Below are positions 1 to 12,641 of a stretch of 64,000 nucleotides of DNA, one piece after another. The DNA lies in the NCBI GenBank assembly GCA_965644315.1, contig CBFFRQ010000067.1, positions 248,001 through 312,000 of the forward strand, given 5' to 3'. The position numbers and the translations under genes were made by a program. Positions within the stretch are counted from its first letter, which is position 1. Each line of letters begins with the position of its first letter. A model generated the notes under the pieces. That model did not search any database. It saw only the letters and a list, made by a program, of their open reading frames with translations, and was not told the DNA's origin. The stretch is from Caecitellus pseudoparvulus (lineage: Eukaryota; Protista; Bigyra: Bicosoecida).

Positions 1-3000
1 GCAAGGTCGCAGCGACCAGGATGCACGCTGCGTCGAAACGCCGAGCCAAGGCGCACAGCGCGGGGTGGATGCGCCGCGTCGTCCCTGCGACGGGCAGCGA
101 TCACGATGCGAAGGTGTTCGACGAGCTGCAGGAGCTGCTGCGCCGGGGGCATCTGTTGGGGTACCGCAGGCGGGCCCGGGATGCGTTTGGCTCGGTGCGT
201 GTCTGAAACGCTCGCGAAACGCATGCGGCACGTGCCCACACCCGCTTCCTTTCTCTGACTGCAGATTGACGCAGTGATTGCGCCAGACAAGGTGGCACGC
301 ACAGGGCTGCTGCATCCCAGCGACGGTTCGTGTCGGTCTGCGTCGTTCACCCTGGCAGGGGTGGGTGTGCGGATCAACGCACCAGTGAAGTACCCTGTTA
401 CAGACTTCCTCCCGCGGCACACGGAAGTGCTGGTGAAGCTGCCGGGAGGTGGCGCCCTGCATTCCGTGCTGCAGTCAGAGGGCAACCCCCTGTCTCTCAT
501 GGCAGCGAACCTGGCAGACCCCAGCATGGGGTACCGCGAGCACACGGTGTTTTTCGGCCGCGTTCTGGAGCATGCCCCCGACGGCACGTACAAGATCCTG
601 AACCACACGACGAAGAAGGCCATGCTGGGCGTACCTCGGCGCTGCCTGAGCATGGCCTCCAGCGCCTACTTGGAGGGCCTGCACCACTTCCACACGGGGT
701 TCAAGCGTTCCGCCCTGCTCAGCATGCTGGAAGCCATCCGCCACCGCCCAGATGAAACGCGCGCCTATGTCGTGGCGGCAGACCTCTTGCTCTCTGTGGG
801 GCGCGTCATCGAAGCGCGTTCCTTCGCGCGCCGGGTGACGCTGCTTGACCCACAGAGCGTTTCGGGGCACTTGCTGCTGGGCCAGGCGCTGCTACGCGGC
901 ATGGCGTCCCTGCCGAATTTGTGGGAGGCGGTGCTGTGTCTGCGCACGGCACACCGCCTGGAGCCGTGGAACGAAGCCACCCACCAGCCCTTGAACGAGG
1001 GCGAGGCGCGTCTGTGGAATGCGCTCAAAATGGAGGCGGGAAAGTGTACGTTCTCTGCGCCGTGCCTCTGGCTGCTGTTTTCCCCCTTCGCCGCTCCCTG
1101 CCCAACTGCCCCCACTCCCCCTCGCCCGCACAGTGTCTCGTTGGAACTTCGGTCAGACTGCAGTGCAGCCATCCGCCTCTGCAGCTTCTCTGCGCCCTGC
1201 TCCGCCCTCTGCCCCCGCGAGCGTTTCTTGGGCGGATGATGCCAGCACGGGGCGACAGTCGACGCCGACCCTAGCCGGCACCGCCTCGCGAGGCATGTTG
1301 CGACCCGGCTCGCGACTGACGCGACAGGCTTCTGCTTCCTCTGCCGTCGCTGCGGCTCAGGCCATGGTGCGGTGGGCGCCGCGGGATCGCCCCATGTCCT
1401 CCGCCGCTGCGGCCACCGCACTGGTCGGCACGACCTCGTCTCGCGTGACGCGCGACCTCATGGGCGGCGACGGCGGCGCCACGGCGCGATCTGTGCACGA
1501 CCCCAACGCCTTCCTCCCAGCCCTCGTGCGGCTGTGGGCCGTCTCGCACCTGGCAGGCTCCACCATCGAAGGACGCCCAGTGGCGTTTCTGGCCAACACC
1601 ATCAAGGACGCAGGGTCCGCACTCCTGTACACATCCAGCCTGGGGGGCAGCGTCCTGCACACCGACAAACCACCCAAGTCATTCGGTCGAGCACCCACCT
1701 TGCAAGCCCCCCCCTGCACCCCTTTCCTGTACGTGTTGCAGGGGGGTGGCGGTCGGCGCCGCGCGCGATCCCGCCTCGCTTCACGTCTGCACACCACACG
1801 CACTCTGGTGGATAGGGGCCTGCTGCACGTGCCCGAAGAGCAACCTGCCAGCGAAGGTGCCGGCGAACCCACTGCAGACGGCTCCGTAGCCAGCACTCGG
1901 CTGCCTTCAGCGTGGCTCACACTGCACGCAAGCGGCGGTCGCGTCTTGCCAGCAGCCTGGTCGCACGGGTCCATGGATGTGGACGACCACCTGCCACGTG
2001 CACCAGCCACGGCGGCGGACTTGCTCGTGGCTACAGGGGAGTCACTGCACCCTGATGCCGGGTCGGAACACCCTGTGTTCTCGGTAGGTGTGGCCGCCTC
2101 TGAGATCGATTTTCACGGCCCCGCTGTGCAGCAGCCCAGTCCATACCACCAGGCGCCGTCGTCGCATCGCCCCAGCACCGCCTCAGCGAAACCAGGCGAG
2201 CTATCAGACACAATAGGCAGCGCTGATTCTCCCCGTCTGGTGGCAGGCGGCGCGACGCAGGGCCCTGCAGCGAGCCTGCCCCTGTCCATCGTCACAGCGG
2301 AGCGATCACTGCCGGCCCAGCCTGAGCCACTGGGGTGTGTGGATGACGAGGAAGATGAGGAGAGTGGTGTCCACTGCGACATGACTCCCAGCCCCACCCA
2401 CGCAGCACGCAAGGCCCGCCCCAGCGCCACACCCCGCGCCATGACGCCCATGCAGCGGCGCCGGGAGGCCGCGGCGTCGCGTGCCTCTGCTCGCGCACAC
2501 TCCCGCCAAACCAGCATTGGGGCAGCGCTGGAGGCTGAATTGGAGGCGACAGCCAACAGTGTCAGTGTGGCCAGCCTCAGTCGTCGAGGACGGGGCAGTG
2601 TGGGCTCGCAGCCCACCCCGCGCAGCGACAGCAGCGGAGGCGTGCTCGCAGAGTCGACTGCTGAGCAGGTCGCAGCCCCCAGTCGCAGCGTCTCGGGCTT
2701 TGCGAGCGGCGAGGCCCGCTCAGTCTCGGGCCTGGCCTGGGCAGGCGCAGAGGGGGAGAGTGGGGGGGCTGCAGGGCAGGTGCCTGGCGCCCCCAACCCC
2801 CTTCTTCGAGCCGCGGATGGCAAGGGCGGAATTTCGACTTTGTTCCGCCGACCGCCGCAACAGCCGCCGCGCCAGTCGACGCCACAGCCCCGCGGCACCT
2901 CGGCGCTGGAGCTGTGTGTGGAAGCGGCTAGGGCGAGCCAACAGACTGCGCTTTCTCTAGATGCCCCCCCCTCTGCGCTTTCCGGCAGTCCCGAAGAGGA

Positions 3001-5872
3001 GGGCTCGCTCCCCCACGCCCCCCCAGCGCCGCAGCAGGAATCCACGTCATCGCCAGGAAGTCACTCAGCGAGCCAAGGCGATGGGCCCAGTGATGCGGAT
3101 GCGCCACCCTCGACTACAAAGCTGTCTGCAAAGGCCAAGCGAAGAGCTGCTCGAGCTGCGCGGCAAGAAGCGCTTGCAGCGCTCATTGACCGGGCGGTGG
3201 ACGATGTGTGGGCCACTGCGGGGCACGAAGAAGCAGACACGCTGGGGTACGCTGATGTGGCCGCCAGTGACTCCGCCACGTCATGCCTGACGTCGGGAGG
3301 CGCCAGCGGCCTGTACCGCCACTTTGGCGCCACTGCCGTGTCTCAGGTGCACATGGTGCAACGCAGCATCCAGAAACGCCCCCCTTCGTTGGCACGCCCT
3401 GACTCTGCGGATGACGAGGTGCCTGCCGATGCCGTCCCCGCCCCGCCATTCAGCGTGCAGACTGCAGGGGGGGTTGTGGACGGCACGGCAGCTGCAGGCG
3501 TACTGCAGCAGACCCGTCAGGCGGCGGAATTTGCCCCCGATGTATCTGCCTTGGCTCACTCAGGCGCATTGGATGGCGGCTGGCGCCCCGCCACACCCGC
3601 CGACGCCGCCCAGCACACGACAGAGCTGGCAAGGCGGAGGGTGCTGCATGCGCGTCAGAGCGCCTTGGGGGGCGCCCGGGGGCAGCCACTGTCGGAACTG
3701 CTGCGGCGCGATGGTGTGAGTGTGGGGGCACCCACTGAGCTCGCAGTGGGCTACAACCCCGAGCTGGTCGTGAGTGCCCGGCGCCCGACAACGGGCGTTC
3801 CACGCGGCCTGCTGCCCCCCAAGTGGCAGCGGATCCTCCTCCCCGCCACCAAGTACGACCTGGTGTACCCGCCTTCCCCCGTGGAAGTGCGGGCGTTTCG
3901 GCAAGCACACCCGGAGCTGTTCGCGGCGTTCCCGCCCACAGACCTGCCCAGCGCCAAAGCACGGGGCTCCATGGTCACCAGTGCCTTTGCGAGCCAACTG
4001 CAACTCATCAGCACAGCCGGCATCGTGCCCACCAAGAAGAAGAAGAAGGGGGGCGGTAAGAAGGGAAAGGGGGGTCGGAACGCCCCACCCCGCCCCGCCA
4101 CCGCACCCGCCAACGGCGATGAACTGGACATTGAGGACGAACGAGATGCGCTGATTCTGGGTGGCGACGCAGACTCTGACGATGGCGAGCCCGAGGCTGC
4201 CACTGACGTCACAGCGGCAGGCACAGGTTCGGACGGAGACGACAGCGACGGGTCCACAGACGCCGCCCAGTTGCTGGACACAGGAGACTTGGGTGGGGGG
4301 GCGACACCCTCATCGCCCCAGGCGGGCAGGGCCCAGCGGCGCACCTCCAAACGCAAGAAAGGCTCGCGCAAGGCCAAGCGGGCTGCCGCGTCGCCAGGCA
4401 ACCCCGGGCAACCGACCCCCCTCGGCACGTCCTTCCGCCAGGGCAAGCACGTATCCCTGCCTGAACCAATTGCTGAGGAAGGAGGTGCAGGGAGCGCTGC
4501 ACCTGCCTCGCATGCTGGGCAGGAGAGTGCGGTTTCTGGCGACTCCGAGGCACACCTTGCGGAGAGCTCGGGGCGAGTGGACTTGATGTCCGTCGGACTC
4601 ACAGACGCAGACGCCCTGTCAGTCGACACGTCAGCCAAGTCCTCAGCCTCCGGGCGCAGGGCCTCGCGGCGAACTGGGGCTGGTGCGCTGGGTGCGTCAC
4701 ACCACACCATGTCCTCTGCAGCGGGTGGCGAGCCCGAGGATGATGCGCTGCTGTCTCAAGTGGCCCAGGTCCTGGGCAGCCCCACCTCTGAAGCAGGCAG
4801 CCAGGCGTCTGAAGAGAGCAACCAGGACCAGCACGGAACGCACCCACCTGTCGGACACGCCCCACAAGTGGCCGACGGAGTGGTGGACTTGAAACCCACG
4901 GCACCCCCCTTCAGCGCCCCCCACGCACCATCAGCCGTGGGGGGCAGCGCCCTGTCTGCTGCTCGTGCCAGACGCCGTCGTCGCGGCCCACGCACGCGCC
5001 GGACCCTCAGCAACGCCCCCTCCGGGTCCAGTGATGAGGGGTCCTCCGCCCCCAAGGGCAGGTCGCCCAGGGTGCCTGGGCGAGGCGCCGCCCCCTCCAT
5101 CGCCTCCTCCACTGCCGACACGTTCAACGCTGGGACGGCAGGGGACGACCTTGTGCCGTACAAAGACATCATTTCACGCCTGGAGGGCGACGCCGTGTGC
5201 ATTCGCGCTTCGGCCCCAGTGGCCTCACGGGCGAACTTGGTCTGCCACGGCACTGCCTCACGGTGCCAACTGCTCAGCCTGCTGGAGTCTGGGCAGTGGT
5301 ATCGAGAGGTGCGACTGGTGCTCAAAGTTGCCCGACGGTACCTGCGCAGCGTCCTGCCTGGACCACGCACCTGCATCGTCTTTGACGTGGACGACACCGC
5401 CTTGTCCTCCACCGTGTACATGGCCCGCACACACTTCGCCCGACACCCCATGGCCGCGCCAGACTGGTACCACTGTGCCCGAGTGCCAGCCCTGCTGCCT
5501 GTCCTGGAGTTCTACCACTTTGTCCAGGACCTGGGCTTCCAAGTCGTCTTCCTCTCTGAACGGCCCGCCGAAGCGTTTCACCAAACCAAGGAAGCACTCG
5601 TCCGAGCTGGCTACGCCGACTTCACACACCTCATCACGCGCCCGCCAGCCAGCACCGGCCAGACCTCCGGCGAACTGAAAGGCACCACCATGTCCTCGGC
5701 GAAGCAGAAAGCCAGCCTGCGAGCCGGCGAGTTCAAGTTTGAATCCCGGGAGGCGCTCCAAGCGCAGGGCTTTGACATCGCAGCTGTTGTGGGAGACCAG
5801 GACTCCGACTTCATTGGCGGCCTCGTCGGCTTGCCAGTCAAGATCCCAAACTACCTATACACAGAGGAATGA
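1..5872 (+). CDS. Large spliced protein (5' end probably outside window): TPR-like region, long low-complexity region, C-terminal HAD subfamily IIIB (class B) acid phosphatase domain
   Basis: ORFs 21-206, 274-1239 and 1019-5872 join in frame through predicted introns 195-264 (GTGCGT...CTGCAG, phase 0) and 1046-1133 (GTACGT...CACAG, phase 1). TPR-like helices (AIRHRPDETRAY...LLDPQSVSGHLLLGQAL...AHRLEPWN). C-terminal motifs IVFDVDDT, VVFLSER, VVGDQDSD, KIPNYLY match class B acid phosphatases. Confidence 0.75.
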
Positions 5873-6421
5873 TGGGTTGGTGGTTGTGTTTGAGGGCCGT
5901 ACAGCCGCTGAGGCGTGCTGATGGTGATGGACACTTCTTGCAAGGGTCGCACTCGCAATTTTTGAGACAAGCCGAGCGCAATCAAAAACGTGGGAAGCTT
6001 TGGATGCCAAGATCTGGTTCATCGTATGCTTTGAAACCGCATTGCTTCATCGTACCTGTTCTGTTGAGAAGAACATGAAGGCTGGCGGTTGATTGCGTGG
6101 ACCAGAGTTTCACGTGAAACGCTGGCCAAAACCACCCGAGTCGCAAACGCCGGCCACACAGCGAGCTTGCTCGCGAGTGCCTCAAGCGTTGGAGAGCTTC
6201 ACTATGGGGGGTCACAACAAGCACATTTCTGCCCGTGAAAAATAGCTCAAACCATGTGAAACGTGCTTTCCACGTGCTGCAGCAGACAAGTGGGCATTGA
6301 CTTCGTGCCATTTCTATCAGCGCACAAGTCAATATTCAGCGGACGCACCCAATTCGGTATTCCAAGAGCTTTCAAAGGGTAACATGTGGTGTTGGTGTGG
6401 TGCAGACCGACCTTGGCTGCC

Positions 6422-9400
6422 ATGCGGTCCGCTTTTGCGGCGCTGGGGCTGTTAGCATTGCTCACGTCCAGGGCTGCGTTTGCGTTTCCATATGCTGTCG
6501 TGCTGCCCGCCTCAGCTGCCACACGCGGCCTGCGAGATTCGCTGGTTTCGCAACCAGACCCTGATCGCTTGATCTTCGTGGCCTATCGCCCGTCGAATGA
6601 CTTGGCAAAGGCGGTTGAGCTGGACGCATTTGTTGACACGGTTGGTGGGGCATTGGTGGCCTCGGAGAATCCTGAAGTGCACGCAGCGATTGAGGCCGCC
6701 GAAGCTCTGCAAAGCTTCCCTGAAGGAAATATCGTACTGGTCAGCGAAGGACTTCCAGTCAACTCTGCACTGCTTCGCCACCTATCTGCCAAGCCTCACA
6801 TGGTTTTCACCGTACGTGTGCCGTGGCGAGATGCCTGCCGGCAAGAAAGGAGCACTGCAAAGTGCTGCCCCCCACAGACAACGCCAAGAAAGATGCCATC
6901 ATTTTCTCACGGGCCCAGCAGATCCAAGTCCCTTAGAGACGTGCACGTTGTACCTGCTCGCTCGCTCCTGATTCTTCGCGACGCATTGGCAGGCGTCACT
7001 ACACGGCGCGCCCTGCAGCTCCTCCTCAGCGAGACCGTCATGAAACACGAAGAACTACCCCTTGTTTCGGAAGAAATCACCCATGACCCACCAATGTTGA
7101 GTGCTTCGACGCTGTCGCTGCCTTTGCAGCGTCTAACGCCTGTCCATGCAAGCGTGGAAGAGTCTGTGAGCAAGCACCAGGCCGACAGGGCTCTGGACAG
7201 CCCCGAGTATCCAAGCTACCCGGCCAGTCCTTCTAACACGCCCTCCCCCTCAAGCACAGCACTCCCAAGTTCCTCGCCATCCCAAAGCCCGTCCCCTACA
7301 ACCCAGCCCTCCCCACCCCGCTCAGGGTGGGCACTCACCCTCTCATCACACAACACCTCATCCCACCTTCAGGTTGCTCCCCGCTTCGCAGCTCAGCTCG
7401 CATGTGCCGGGGACTGCTCCTCCCCACAAGCCCTCATCCTCCCTTGCCCTCGACCAGGCTCATGCCTCCCCCACACTGACGTGCGCCTCCTGTCAGCCTG
7501 CCAGCCTGGACACGGCGGCCTCGCATGCCAAACCTGTACCGACGGCTGGGCTGCTACCTCCCCCTGCACCACGTGTCGCCAGTGTCCCTACAATGGCGTG
7601 GCGCCAGGTGTCGTCAAGGCTGGCGCCACAGTCGCTCAGGTAGTGCTTGGACTGGCCATGTCCCTCTTCGCAGTGCACGGCTATGCACGTGCTCCAGACC
7701 GTGTCGCGACGAGCCTGTTCAGTGGTGGCCTGCGTCTGGCCATGTGGTACATCGGCATGGCGGGGCAGGTGGCGCTGCTGGCTGCCGACACACCAGGCAC
7801 ACTGCAGGCGACAGCTCACACCCTGGGCCACTGGGCCGACGTATGTGGCATGGCCCAGCCCTGGCGAGCAGGCCAAGAGCAGGTCATGCTGCCCAACGGC
7901 ACCATGTACGCCAGTCAGCCTGAACCAGCCCAAGGCGTCGATGTCCTGGGCATCCTGGGCGCACTGACAGGGCGAGCTGGCGTCGCGACAATGCCAGGTG
8001 CAGGATGTCTCACGGGCGGAGGCGACAGCCGCAGCCCACATGACATCGCCAACATCATCATGGCCGTGTACGGGGGCATGCTGCTGTGTGCCAGTGCTGC
8101 TGTGCTGTGGTGCGCTCGCCCTGCTCCTGGTAAGACCTGGACCACCATTCTTCTGCTTCTGGCGCCAGCAGCGTATATGCAGGTGGTGCCCAGCATCATC
8201 CAGGGCCAAGCCCGCGTCGTGGGGCTGCAGCCAGTTTGGCGTGGCATGTCCAGTCCAGACGATGTCGCTGGGCATGCGGCTGACGTGGGCGGGTACGCTG
8301 CCTCCCTGACGTTGCAGTGCTTGGCTGCCACGGTGGGTGTGCTGAGTGTGCTGGCGTGGCGGCAGTGGCGGAGGTCGGAACACCTGCTGCCACGGGGAAT
8401 TTCCGTGCGGCGCTTCTGCAGCAAGGGTTATCGTACACAGTACACGCCACAACAAGCGGTGTGCCTCGCACGTGCCACAGGTGCAGACAACGCACTCAAA
8501 GCAGCGGCTGTTGCGGCAGCACGCGCCAGTGAGCGTGCCTGCTACGGTGCTGGGCGCCTCCTGCCCACACACGCCTTCCCTGCCCTGCAGATGGCCCTCA
8601 TCGTGCTCGTGGCGATCATGGGCAGCATGACGACGTCCATCGTGGCTCGCCTGGTGTGTGTGGGTGTGGGCGTGGCGGGCAGCATGGCCCTCGTGCAGCA
8701 CCGTCGGCCCTGGGCGCTGTCTGAGCTGACTGACCTGGATGTTCTGGCCCATGGCGGCATCCTGGTGCAGGTGGTGTGTGTGGGCGTGGGCACGGCGGGT
8801 GGCAGACTGGCCACTGCTGCATCCATCATCTCTGGCATTGGGCATGTGCTTGTGCTCCTGTGGCTGGCGATGGCTGTTGCTCGAGGGTACAGTGGCCGAG
8901 CCCGAGAGCTGCTGGCACGTGGTGGTCGGCGCTTGCGTACGTTGCTGCCTGAGCTGGGGCCAGTCAGTGTAGGGGGGAGCTGCAGCAGTGGTCAGCTGGG
9001 CGATGTGGCTGACAGCCAAGTGCCAGGCGTGGGCAGCATTGTGTGGGCACTGGTGCAGCGGTGTGTGCGGCGAGGCGAGGTGCGGCCGGCAGCGGCTCGC
9101 CCAGCATCTGATGTGTTGAGTGTGCTGGGCATGGTGCGGGAGCAGGGACTATCTGTGGAGGCTGGCATGGCGGAGGTGGTGGGAGACTCGGGGTCAACTC
9201 TCATGGCCATGCCGACTGGCAGCGGGGTCAAACGACCCGCTTCTGGGAGCGACCAGGGTGGCCGGGCCAAGTCCCCAAAGCAGCACCCACTTCAATCGAT
9301 GAGGAGTGGGACATCTGCATACTTAGTACTTGGGACGAACCCACTGTTGGAGTCCTCTGGACGAGGCAAGCAAACTCTTCAAGTTGCGAGACATAGTGCA

Positions 9401-9748
9401 GATACTGCAACTTCTGGCCGTGCCCAGGCATCGCCAAGAGATCAAACACAAGTGGAAGGGAGGCCAAGCGGTGTGCGGCAGAATCTGCCCTCAGAGATCC
9501 CTGTCACCAGCATGGCTGATCGGCGTGCGAGCGTCGTAAAAGCGATGCTGTCTCCTGGATCAGGTGCAGGTCAAGCTCAGGGTGAGGGGGATCCTGAGGT
9601 AGCGTTGGCGCAGGCGCTTCCTCGCAACCCAGACAGGCACATGTCAGGGGGTCGCCGCATAGACGGCCGAGGTCGCGTGTCCTTCACGGCTGCTCGCCCA
9701 CAGCGCACATCCGTGCATGCAGGCGAGTCACAGGGCAAGCAGGATTGA
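6422..9748 (+). CDS. Multi-pass membrane protein with signal peptide, Ser/Pro-rich linker and Cys-rich extracellular domain
   Basis: Hydrophobic N-terminus MRSAFAALGLLALL; SPSxxPS linker at about 7200-7320; Cys-rich CQPGHGGLACQTCTDGW...CTTCRQCP; then several hydrophobic segments. In-frame introns cannot be excluded. Confidence 0.6.
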   Translation: MRSAFAALGLLALLTSRAAFAFPYAVVLPASAATRGLRDSLVSQPDPDRLIFVAYRPSNDLAKAVELDAFVDTVGGALVASENPEVHAAIEAAEALQSFPEGNIVLVSEGLPVNSALLRHLSAKPHMVFTVRVPWRDACRQERSTAKCCPPQTTPRKMPSFSHGPSRSKSLRDVHVVPARSLLILRDALAGVTTRRALQLLLSETVMKHEELPLVSEEITHDPPMLSASTLSLPLQRLTPVHASVEESVSKHQADRALDSPEYPSYPASPSNTPSPSSTALPSSSPSQSPSPTTQPSPPRSGWALTLSSHNTSSHLQVAPRFAAQLACAGDCSSPQALILPCPRPGSCLPHTDVRLLSACQPGHGGLACQTCTDGWAATSPCTTCRQCPYNGVAPGVVKAGATVAQVVLGLAMSLFAVHGYARAPDRVATSLFSGGLRLAMWYIGMAGQVALLAADTPGTLQATAHTLGHWADVCGMAQPWRAGQEQVMLPNGTMYASQPEPAQGVDVLGILGALTGRAGVATMPGAGCLTGGGDSRSPHDIANIIMAVYGGMLLCASAAVLWCARPAPGKTWTTILLLLAPAAYMQVVPSIIQGQARVVGLQPVWRGMSSPDDVAGHAADVGGYAASLTLQCLAATVGVLSVLAWRQWRRSEHLLPRGISVRRFCSKGYRTQYTPQQAVCLARATGADNALKAAAVAAARASERACYGAGRLLPTHAFPALQMALIVLVAIMGSMTTSIVARLVCVGVGVAGSMALVQHRRPWALSELTDLDVLAHGGILVQVVCVGVGTAGGRLATAASIISGIGHVLVLLWLAMAVARGYSGRARELLARGGRRLRTLLPELGPVSVGGSCSSGQLGDVADSQVPGVGSIVWALVQRCVRRGEVRPAAARPASDVLSVLGMVREQGLSVEAGMAEVVGDSGSTLMAMPTGSGVKRPASGSDQGGRAKSPKQHPLQSMRSGTSAYLVLGTNPLLESSGRGKQTLQVARHSADTATSGRAQASPRDQTQVEGRPSGVRQNLPSEIPVTSMADRRASVVKAMLSPGSGAGQAQGEGDPEVALAQALPRNPDRHMSGGRRIDGRGRVSFTAARPQRTSVHAGESQGKQD

Positions 9749-10344
9749 TCGCGCTTGAACTTCCCAGTCTTCGTCTGTTCCAGGCAGGTGCCACAAGGTC
9801 CGCAAGGAGCCATCATTTCCTGGAAGCACACTCGTTGCCTTCTTCCTTTTCGCGCATGCCGCGTGTTCGTGCCCAGACTTGGCAGGGACAGGCAGACTTG
9901 GGCGCCTTTCATCAGCACAAGCTCTCCACTGTTCAGCGGGACAGCCGAGTTCAGAGTGACTTGGCGCACATTTCAAAGCCGCTCAGGGCGGCCCGGGCCT
10001 TACACATCTTGCCATCACCACCCCATTGCGTTCGCCCGCCTTCCTGTCCTCGGCGACTGGGTCGGCCCAGTCCTGCGCGGCATCGCAATTCACAGCTGGC
10101 CAATCTCACACGTCACTGCGGGAGCTGGCCCGATGCAGGCGTCCAGCGTTGGGAGCATGGCGACTTCAGCCGACCCAGCTCACACAGCTGGCATGAAGAC
10201 TGTCCAGTCAACTCCTGCATTCGGCAAGGCGCCTTCAGCCATGCTGCGGAGCGCAGTGTGCGTGTGTCGGCGTTTCAGCTGCTCCGCCATCGCATGCTCC
10301 ACATCGGCCCCGCTCTCGCGCCACACAGGTGTCACGCGGTGCAG

Positions 10345-12533
10345 ATGAAGGCTGTAGCGCTGGCCACTGCTACGTTGTGTACTGCTCTGCTGTGTGGTTT
10401 CTTCTTCGTGTCGCGGTGGGCGTTGGAAACTGCAGGTGCGTTCCATTGCGCCGGTCGCCGCAGCAACCTCCGGCACCCCCCCACACTGCGCTCCCTTCCC
10501 CGCCGCGCACGACAGCTGGCCTTCCAGGGGGCCCCCACTTGCCGTATGAACGAGGGAACTCGACGTTTGCAGGGGAATCTCTGGATGATGCGTCTCTCGC
10601 TTCGTTGCAGACGCCCATCGCATCGGTGGGTGTTTCAGCCTCTGGCTCTCTGCACGCTTTGCCCGCGATGGCTCGCCTGGGAGCGCTGCAGCAGCGCCAG
10701 AGCACGCCACTCCCGCGCTGCTTCTCAGGGGAGTCTGTACTGGGGTTTAGGTCTGTGGGCAGACCTTTCCGCCTGTACCATGGCGTTCGGCACGGGCATC
10801 AGCATTTGGCTGGGCGTCGTGGCGTGGACTCTGCCGCCGGGCTGGAGCTGGACCGTGCCCTTCCTCCTCCTGCCCTTCCTCAGCAGCACAATCCGAAGTT
10901 TCACAGGCATCACCCTCGGCATCGCGTGGTCTTCGCCTTTTGCTCTGACGATCACCACTGTCATCGCCCAGGCCGTGCACGTGAGTCGAGTGCTCATTTG
11001 GTGCACAGCATGCAGTCCACTAAATGTGACCCCACACGATTGCGTTCTGTGCAGATTCCCATAGTTGTGACTTGGGCGATGCATCTTCGTGCTGCTGTGT
11101 TCCACCTCCTCCACGGGCCCGTTATGTTTGGCATTCTGTACAACTTCGCGTCCGTCATCCTGGGTGTCGTGCTTCTGTACGCTGTGGCTCCGCTTTTCGA
11201 CACGACGAACGTGCTGCTGCGGACGCTGTTCCGTATCATCGTGTGGCCCGTTGCCGTTGAAACTGTGCTGGCAGTCCTGCGCTTCCTGTTCAAGTCTCGC
11301 CTGGCGTCCACGACTCCAATGCGCGTGCTGCCGTGGCTTGCGTTGCCAGTGTTGTCCCTGGGCGCAGCACTGGGACGCCTGTTTGTGACAGCCACCGAGT
11401 CCATCACCATCACCATCATCGTCTCCGTGGCTATTTCTGTGATTGAGATGACCATGCGCATCAGCATGCCGCAGCGCGACGCAGCGTACGAGGCCCTGTG
11501 GCGCGCCCTGCCCTGCACGCGCAACAGGCAGCAACTGCCACTGCCAGAGCAGCGGAGGGTGGCACGGCGCATGAACAGCTCCTTCTACAGCTTCCTGCTT
11601 CTAGACACCATGTGCGAGGACGTCGCCATCCTCGTCATGATCCCCCTCGTGGCGCTGTGGCGCATTCCCTCCAGCCAGGGCGGGCCGCCACTGGGCCTGC
11701 CCACCATCATCGCGCGTGTGGCCATCCAGCTGCTGCTGGAGTTCGGCACGGATGTCTTTCCCTACGTCCTGTACTGGCTGCTGCACACGGTGTGGGGCGA
11801 GCGGACTGGGTATGTGCCAGTGCCCGCTTCCCTCGTGCACGTAGGCGCGCTGGAGGATGGCGTGCCGAGGAAAGCCCCTCCCAAGGCAGGCGCCTCTCTG
11901 TCCACCCTGGCGCCAGCACTGGTGGACGACAGCGATGCTGGTCCAGCCACCACGCCCCTCGCTGCTGGCAACCCCCTGGCTGAGGACTCGGGCAGCCTTT
12001 CACACCGGTCCTCGCCCAGCACACCACAAGCTTCAGCGTCCCCCATGGCCAGCGCTGCGGCTGACAGGGCCCTAGGGGCGTGTTCCTGGACAGGCTTCGA
12101 CCGCGACCCAGCCCGGACCTGCGTGCTGTGCAATGCCTGCTGCCCGCCCTATGCTGGGCCAGCAGCGGAGCAGTACGTCGCCACTGTACGGTCTGCACAT
12201 GCCGTGCAGTTGGCAGATGAGGACAACCACATCTGGGAGCCGGTGAAGCCTCAAGCCGTGCATGCCGCCATGGCGCAGTGCCTGCCTCAAGGCGCAGCCC
12301 CCAGCTTGGGGTGGCAGTTCACGCTGCTGTTCCAGGCGGAGCAGCTGGCCACTCGCTTGCTGCACGCCTTTGCCTTCCTGCCCAGCTGGTGGGCGCTGCA
12401 CTTCATCACAGTGGGGGCTGTCATGGTCACCTTTGCCATCACAGACCGCTTCGCCCCTGCCCGGTACTGCCCCTTTGACGACGGCAGCGGGGGCTGGTAC
12501 TACGACGCGTGCGGTGTGCGGGAGCAAGCTTGA
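10345..12533 (+). CDS. Spliced multi-pass membrane protein of unknown family (5' exons uncertain, may extend to about 9800)
   Basis: Hydrophobic segments in ORF 9745-11064 join ORF 10329-12533 through a phase-0 intron 10981-11054 (GTGAGT...GTGCAG); roughly ten hydrophobic stretches. Confidence 0.55.
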
Positions 12534-12641
12534 AGATGGCCGGCTTCGCCACTGTGCCCATACTTGCAGGGGTTTGCACAGCCCTGCAGTGATTTCTAGT
12601 GTGTCCTTTAGTGTGCGTTGTTTACAAGGGGGGCGAACTTG

